Shown in pieces: positions 6,875 through 11,502 of a DNA stretch of 11,502 nt (its first letter is position 1; the number at the start of each line of letters is the position of its first letter). Made by a program: the position numbers and the translations under genes. The notes beneath the pieces were generated by a model. It had not been told where the DNA came from. It ran no database searches and saw only the letters and a list, made by a program, of their open reading frames with translations. The DNA is taken from the NCBI GenBank assembly GCA_043804515.1, contig JAZDIZ010000173.1, positions 1-11,502 on the forward strand. The letters run 5' to 3'. Source of the stretch: Pseudomonadota bacterium (GTDB lineage: Bacteria; Bdellovibrionota_G; JALEGL01; DATDPG01).

Positions 6875-7804
6875 TTACAACGCGGAGGAGTACAGCCAGC
6901 CCATCCACGGCGGGTTGGCGAGGTTCGCTGAGAAGACAACGTTTGCAACGTTGGGACCCGGAACACCGGCGCCGGCGAGCGTCGGATCCTGGGGGCCGAG
7001 GACTCTGAACCCGACCTGGACCTTCCGGATCTTCGTGATCAGTTCGTAACGCCGATATTCCGCCAGCGAGGTCGTGAGAAGATCCGCCGGCTTCGTGTAG
7101 GACGGGCAGGGGCCGGTCGTGATGCCGCTTCCGTTGGTGATTCCCGTGGCATCGGCCCGGCAAACAGGCTGCCAACGCTGCTCGGCCTGGTCGGGATCGC
7201 CGTCGCGAAAATAACGCACTTCGAAGCAGAGGACGTTTTGGGCCAAAACCTGAATGTCAGATCCCACCGCTTCATAAAGGTTGTACGTGTCGCTGAAATT
7301 GCCGGAAAGCGGCGTGCACGGATCCTTGTTCGGGTCCGTAATATTCAAGGCATCCCAGTGCGTGGAGGTCGGCGTTTTTGCCATAAAGATCTGGCGCACT
7401 TCCTTGGCTTCGACGGCACCTAGCGAGGAGGTGTTTGCGGGGTCGTCCGACGCGTACTCCAGCTCGCTGAAATTCACCGAACGGAATCCGAATTGTTTGG
7501 TTGCCGGCGACGGGTCACACGTCCCGTAGCCATCCGGCGAGTACGTCCCTGCCGCACCGGTACAGATCGGGTACACGACGGGCGTCTCGTTGAGGCCCAT
7601 GTTGCGGAACGCCATCTCCAGGCGATAGCGAAGGCCGAGGGCGTCGCGCGACATTTTCCCGGACTTCGTCGTGACGTAGGTCATGCGCGTGGACGACGCC
7701 GAGAGCTTGTAAAGCCCCGCCATGAGGACCGACATGACGAGCAACGAGACCACGAGGTCGACGAGGCCGAAACCTGCGGAGGCTTTAGTCCGAAGCCGCA
7801 CCAT
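6875..7804 (-). CDS. Prepilin-type N-terminal cleavage protein, PilW/PulJ-like minor pilin, 309 aa
   Basis: ATG at 7804 with AGAGG upstream; overlaps the upstream stop by 20 nt. Basic leader MVRLRTKASAG|FGLVDLVVSLLVMSVLMAGLY, helix ending LEMAFRNMG, and PilW-like C-terminal elements (VLAQNV..FEVRYF.D, IRKVQVGF, V.FSANLAN). Confidence 0.8.
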   Translation of the reverse strand: MVRLRTKASAGFGLVDLVVSLLVMSVLMAGLYKLSASSTRMTYVTTKSGKMSRDALGLRYRLEMAFRNMGLNETPVVYPICTGAAGTYSPDGYGTCDPSPATKQFGFRSVNFSELEYASDDPANTSSLGAVEAKEVRQIFMAKTPTSTHWDALNITDPNKDPCTPLSGNFSDTYNLYEAVGSDIQVLAQNVLCFEVRYFRDGDPDQAEQRWQPVCRADATGITNGSGITTGPCPSYTKPADLLTTSLAEYRRYELITKIRKVQVGFRVLGPQDPTLAGAGVPGPNVANVVFSANLANPPWMGWLYSSAL

Positions 7805-10676
7805 CGACGTCCTCTTTGTAGCCGGAGCCCACGACCGTAAGAATCTCCTCATGCCCCAGGTTCGCGCCTCGGTTGTCCTGATAAATGCACAGGCCGTTTG
7901 TGGATGTGATGTTGATGTACGGCGCATACACACCGCCGAAGATGTCGAGCCCCATGGGATGACGACCCCCGTAAGACAGTCCCTGATAGGGGATGTCCGC
8001 CGGAGGCGGCGAGGTAGTACAGCGTTGAATATGGCGGGTCAGCAGGTTATTGACGTCTTTGAAGAGGCTGAATCCCCAGCTGGATGTGGTGTACGCAGCG
8101 AAGCAAGAACTGCCGGGGCAGGTCGTACCTATGGGCCGGACGTATGGCTCATCAGGATTGATCTTGTTAGCCGTGTTATCCGGAAGTTGATACTTGTCGT
8201 CAAAGGAAGCCAGGCCCAAAATCGTACTGCCGGCATAGAGCTTGGCCATAATGACGTGCGCGCGGTTGATGTAATTCGGATCTAGTGAGTCGTGCGTAGT
8301 CAGGGGGTTGGTGTTATCAACCGGGGCGCCCGCGAAAGTCTGGAATTGGACTGTGGAGATCCACGCATTGACGCCAAAGAGATCCACGGGCAGGCCACTG
8401 TCATAACCCAAGGCGGTACTTGGCTTGGTACCTGCCCGGTTGAGGGGCCAAGTCATCGCCGCGTCCGCAGGATTGCGGACATATCCATAACCCGCCTGCG
8501 TGTAGCCGGGGGTGCTACCTGCAAAGTATTCCATGAACGCGAAGTCATAGATGCTCGAGACAAGAGCGGCCCCTTCCGGAAGCAAACCCGCCGCTTGCGG
8601 TGCGCAGTCGGCAATCATCCCGGCGGGATACGTATTGCACAGCGCTCTGCGCACCTGGGAGTTTGTGGTTAATGGCCTGGTTGGGGGGCTGTTTGTTGCC
8701 AGAGGCCTCGCTCCATCCGGGACGAGAAAATCGGGGTTGCCCTCGCCCGTGAGGTCGATCTTGAAATAGTTCAATTCGCTGTTGGCATACGTCATCGCGT
8801 GGGCGAAGTTCTGACTGTTGGCCAGATTCCCGATGATCATGTGCTGGCCCGCAATGATCGAGAGCCGATCCGCCTTTGCATGGGTCGGGTCGGTTTCGTA
8901 TTGCGCTGCATTGAACCTGACATATCTGAAGTTGTTCGGGCCGGTGGTGATCGGATCGGTTGTCGGCGGCTCATTAGCCGTCCTGATGTTGTTCAGGATA
9001 TAGACGTTCCCCGTCGCGAAGAGCGTCATGGCCTTTGGAGAGCCCAGCACGCCGAACGTGAGGCCCTCGGATCCGGCGGTAGTACTCCCGGCCAGGATCA
9101 GATCGCCGTTGATGACGACGGTTCCTTTCACATCGATCCTGCAATCCGTCCCGGGCGCCTGGCAATCCAGAACGACGCTGTGTTTTGCAACCTCCGGGAC
9201 TGAAACGTTGAACGGCGCGATCGCGGTTTGTGGCCCCCCCCCCTCCCAGGCGTCTTGTCCGCCGCCTAACCACTGGTAAACGCGTGCCGTGCTTCCTACG
9301 GGAATGGTCAGGTTCGGCGAAACTACGCCGGCATTGAGCTTCTTTGCCAGGCCCTCAAGGTATGCTTGCGTACCCGGAATCCCGCCGGCCGAATCCCTCC
9401 CGGGAACGGTCATGTTTTTGAAAAAGCTGGCTCGGTCCACCGGCTGGTCGGTCAAGGCATCGGCGGGGGAGCCGGCCGAGTTGCCCGTGGCGGAATCTCC
9501 GTCGTCAATCAAGAGGCCGATTTGGGGTGAGGTGGCGGTGCCCGCCTGTTGGCCCGAGAACGGAGCCCACCAAGTTCCGATCTTCAGGTTGGTCGCCAGG
9601 CCGTCGATCTGCATGTCCGTGAAAAATGGTTTGGCCTCCTGGTCCTTCTGGAAACCGGCGATGTTGGAACAAGGGACCCTCAAGCTATAGGGCGGATTGG
9701 GCATGAACTTGCAGCTCCAATGGAACTCACCCAGTTCGCCGAAATAGAACGGCTGAAGCTTTGAAGAATAGTTCGTCGTGGGGAGCCGGTCGGGATCCAA
9801 AAAATAGGCCACTTTCCCCTGGATGTAGCCCGAGAACAAGCTCATCCGGGAGAGCACGTTTGCGTACGACGTAAAAGATGTATCCGCGGCTTGGGCCGTG
9901 AGGATGAGGTCCGTCTGGATCACCGTCCGCCGTTTGTTCGTCTCATCGTAGGCGGTCACCTGGATCTTGAGGCGGCGGGCTTCATCCGGAATCCCGTCAT
10001 GCATGATGTCGACGACCGGAGGCGTAGGCCACGGGAGACGGGAAGGACTCGAGATCTGGACAGTTGCGTCCGCAACATTGGTAGCGCCCACGTACTTCGC
10101 CGTCCACTGCTTTGTCTTGTCCTTCGCGCAGCCGTTGGCCACGGTGCATGGCTGGAAAATTCCAACGCGCCGGCCGGCGTCCCCCTCCCAAATGAAATCC
10201 GCCGCGTAGCCGTCCAACGCGGTCGCGACGTTGGCGCCGTGCTGGAACCTGTAGCCGTGGTAACATTTATTGGTGGCGTCGCACCAACAACTGGCCGGGC
10301 AGCGCGGGTCGTCTGTGGATGCGCCCGCGGCAATATTAGCGGGCGTCGCGTACCCATTGTAGACGTACGGCTTGGTAATGTCCGGGCCGTACATCAGCTG
10401 GTCCTGGGTCCAGCTGGTACCGTAGGGGTTCGTCTTTGCCGGGTTCATCCGCTGGTTCAGGCGGAGCTGGACCAGCTGCAGAGCGGACTGGGCCACTTCA
10501 TCGAGGGTGGCCTTGCGATACATCAGGCCCGCCACTTTCTGGCCCAGAGTCGAGCTCCGCATCCCCCATGCGACCAGGAGGGAGAGAACCAGGATCGCCG
10601 CGATCACGATCGGTAGAGCGATCCCGCGTGTGTCTGATGTCAGGCCTCTTTTTCTCAGTGAGTTCATGTGCATCAT
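7785..10676 (-). CDS. Very large PilX/GspK-like (possibly ComZ-like) minor pilin or tip protein, ~963 aa
   Basis: Basic leader, then RG|IALPIVIAAILVLSLLVAWG, and a PilX-type helix (...ATLDEVAQSALQLVQLRL). Pilin strands (LKIQVTAY..RRTVIQTDL), later beta-solenoid-like strands (KGTVVINGDLILAG, TLFATGNVYILNNI, LSIIAGQHMIIG, IFGGVYA). The exact start among three clustered Met codons is uncertain. Confidence 0.75.
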   Translation of the reverse strand: MMHMNSLRKRGLTSDTRGIALPIVIAAILVLSLLVAWGMRSSTLGQKVAGLMYRKATLDEVAQSALQLVQLRLNQRMNPAKTNPYGTSWTQDQLMYGPDITKPYVYNGYATPANIAAGASTDDPRCPASCWCDATNKCYHGYRFQHGANVATALDGYAADFIWEGDAGRRVGIFQPCTVANGCAKDKTKQWTAKYVGATNVADATVQISSPSRLPWPTPPVVDIMHDGIPDEARRLKIQVTAYDETNKRRTVIQTDLILTAQAADTSFTSYANVLSRMSLFSGYIQGKVAYFLDPDRLPTTNYSSKLQPFYFGELGEFHWSCKFMPNPPYSLRVPCSNIAGFQKDQEAKPFFTDMQIDGLATNLKIGTWWAPFSGQQAGTATSPQIGLLIDDGDSATGNSAGSPADALTDQPVDRASFFKNMTVPGRDSAGGIPGTQAYLEGLAKKLNAGVVSPNLTIPVGSTARVYQWLGGGQDAWEGGGPQTAIAPFNVSVPEVAKHSVVLDCQAPGTDCRIDVKGTVVINGDLILAGSTTAGSEGLTFGVLGSPKAMTLFATGNVYILNNIRTANEPPTTDPITTGPNNFRYVRFNAAQYETDPTHAKADRLSIIAGQHMIIGNLANSQNFAHAMTYANSELNYFKIDLTGEGNPDFLVPDGARPLATNSPPTRPLTTNSQVRRALCNTYPAGMIADCAPQAAGLLPEGAALVSSIYDFAFMEYFAGSTPGYTQAGYGYVRNPADAAMTWPLNRAGTKPSTALGYDSGLPVDLFGVNAWISTVQFQTFAGAPVDNTNPLTTHDSLDPNYINRAHVIMAKLYAGSTILGLASFDDKYQLPDNTANKINPDEPYVRPIGTTCPGSSCFAAYTTSSWGFSLFKDVNNLLTRHIQRCTTSPPPADIPYQGLSYGGRHPMGLDIFGGVYAPYINITSTNGLCIYQDNRGANLGHEEILTVVGSGYKEDVDGAASD

Positions 10677-10685
10677 GGCAGTGTA

Positions 10686-11501
10686 CTAGTCGAGCTCCCT
10701 AAAAGGAATGCAGTAGGGGGTTACACCGTTGGAAAAGTGCCCGCCGCAACCACCCCCGCCACCCGACCGGACTCTCTTATTCACAGGCGGCGTCGCCCGA
10801 TAGAAATTGACCGGCGGTCTCAGGCTGCCGGTGCCGAGGAGGTGTTTGAAGAACATGTCCACGTTCGGGCCGTTCACGGACACTTGTCCGTTTCCGAGCC
10901 AAAGGTCGGGCACGCCGTCCAGGTCCAGGTCGCCGATGGCCACCGCATTGAAGGCTCCGGGCTTGGAGCCGCCGAAGTTGGGATCGCCGTCGAAGACCAG
11001 CGCTGTCCCCTTGTTCATCGTCCCGGCCACGGCGTTGAAGAGCGCCGTTCCGGCGGCCTCGAAGTCCACGAAGTTCCCCGTCCCATCGTTCAGGAAGACG
11101 CGGGTCCCCCGATAGGTTCCGTTTCCACCTTGCATGGGGTCCATGTCGAGGATGGTCCCGCAAGCCAGGGCGACGTCCACGGCGGCGTCGGTCCGGTATC
11201 CTCCGCGGAATCCGAGATCGTCGAGAGCCGCGTTCTGGCACGACAGCGCCGTGTTCGGAATGACGGAGGTTTGCCACGCGCCTCCGGACGGACGCCGGAA
11301 GATCTTGTTGTAGCACGAGTTCGGCGTTCCTTCCGTCGTGACGTTGAACTTCGTGTGGCCCGTCACCACGACATCCTCGCTGTTGATCCGGTTGGTCTCG
11401 ACGAACGAAGCGTTGCAGTCGAGCGACTGATCCGTCAGATCGGGAATCATGCTGTTGGATTCCGTCAAGCGATAGCCGGCGGGGCTCCCCGTGTCGACCG
11501 A
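10686..11501 (-). CDS. FG-GAP/VCBS-repeat (beta-propeller) extracellular protein, C-terminal part; start is outside the window
   Basis: The frame stays open to the window edge (SVDTGSPAGYRLTESNS...). Motifs RVFLNDGTGNF and AVAIGDLDLDGVPDLWLGNG, plus degenerate D-x-ALA/VVV blades. The stop is 9 nt before the PilX-like start. Confidence 0.8.
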   Translation of the reverse strand, partial: SVDTGSPAGYRLTESNSMIPDLTDQSLDCNASFVETNRINSEDVVVTGHTKFNVTTEGTPNSCYNKIFRRPSGGAWQTSVIPNTALSCQNAALDDLGFRGGYRTDAAVDVALACGTILDMDPMQGGNGTYRGTRVFLNDGTGNFVDFEAAGTALFNAVAGTMNKGTALVFDGDPNFGGSKPGAFNAVAIGDLDLDGVPDLWLGNGQVSVNGPNVDMFFKHLLGTGSLRPPVNFYRATPPVNKRVRSGGGGGCGGHFSNGVTPYCIPFRELD

Positions 11502-11502
11502 C

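Noticed and set aside
6754..6966. Longer 199-aa version of the wHTH ORF
   Set aside because: It runs through the promoter, IR-R and the end of the pilin gene; the ATG at 6753 fits the promoter geometry.
7805..7933. Upstream start for the PilW-like ORF
   Set aside because: It lies inside the PilX-like gene; the ATG at 7804 has an RBS and gives a normal short prepilin leader.
10686..10770. GGGGGC as a MYXO-CTERM/GlyGly-CTERM sorting signal
   Set aside because: No hydrophobic transmembrane segment or basic tail follows it.

Overview
GC-rich bacterial window with three blocks. (1) 1-5352 (+): a tightly coupled catabolic operon: DUF1116/YlbE(AllG)-like protein (5' truncated), cyclase-family amidohydrolase, and the FAD, 2Fe-2S and molybdopterin subunits of a xanthine-dehydrogenase-family molybdenum hydroxylase. 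(2) 5353-6874: an accessory insert between two convergent operons. It holds a predicted multi-stem RNA structure on the - strand (~5368-5541) and a ~1.2 kb cassette with no transposase, bounded by 48-bp inverted repeats (5638-5685 / 6811-6858, 46/48 identical), with a third 16-17 bp copy at 5720-5736. The cassette carries a leaderless, probably autoregulated wHTH gene and a MenT1/AbiEii-like nucleotidyltransferase, a putative toxin-antitoxin or defence pair. (3) 6875-11502 (-): a type IV pilus minor-pilin cluster: FG-GAP/VCBS-repeat protein (truncated by the window), a 963-aa PilX/ComZ-like pilin and a PilW-like pilin. The repeat-bounded cassette and the adjacent structured RNA are the most novel-looking elements. 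All family calls come from motif recognition by eye; no searches were run.
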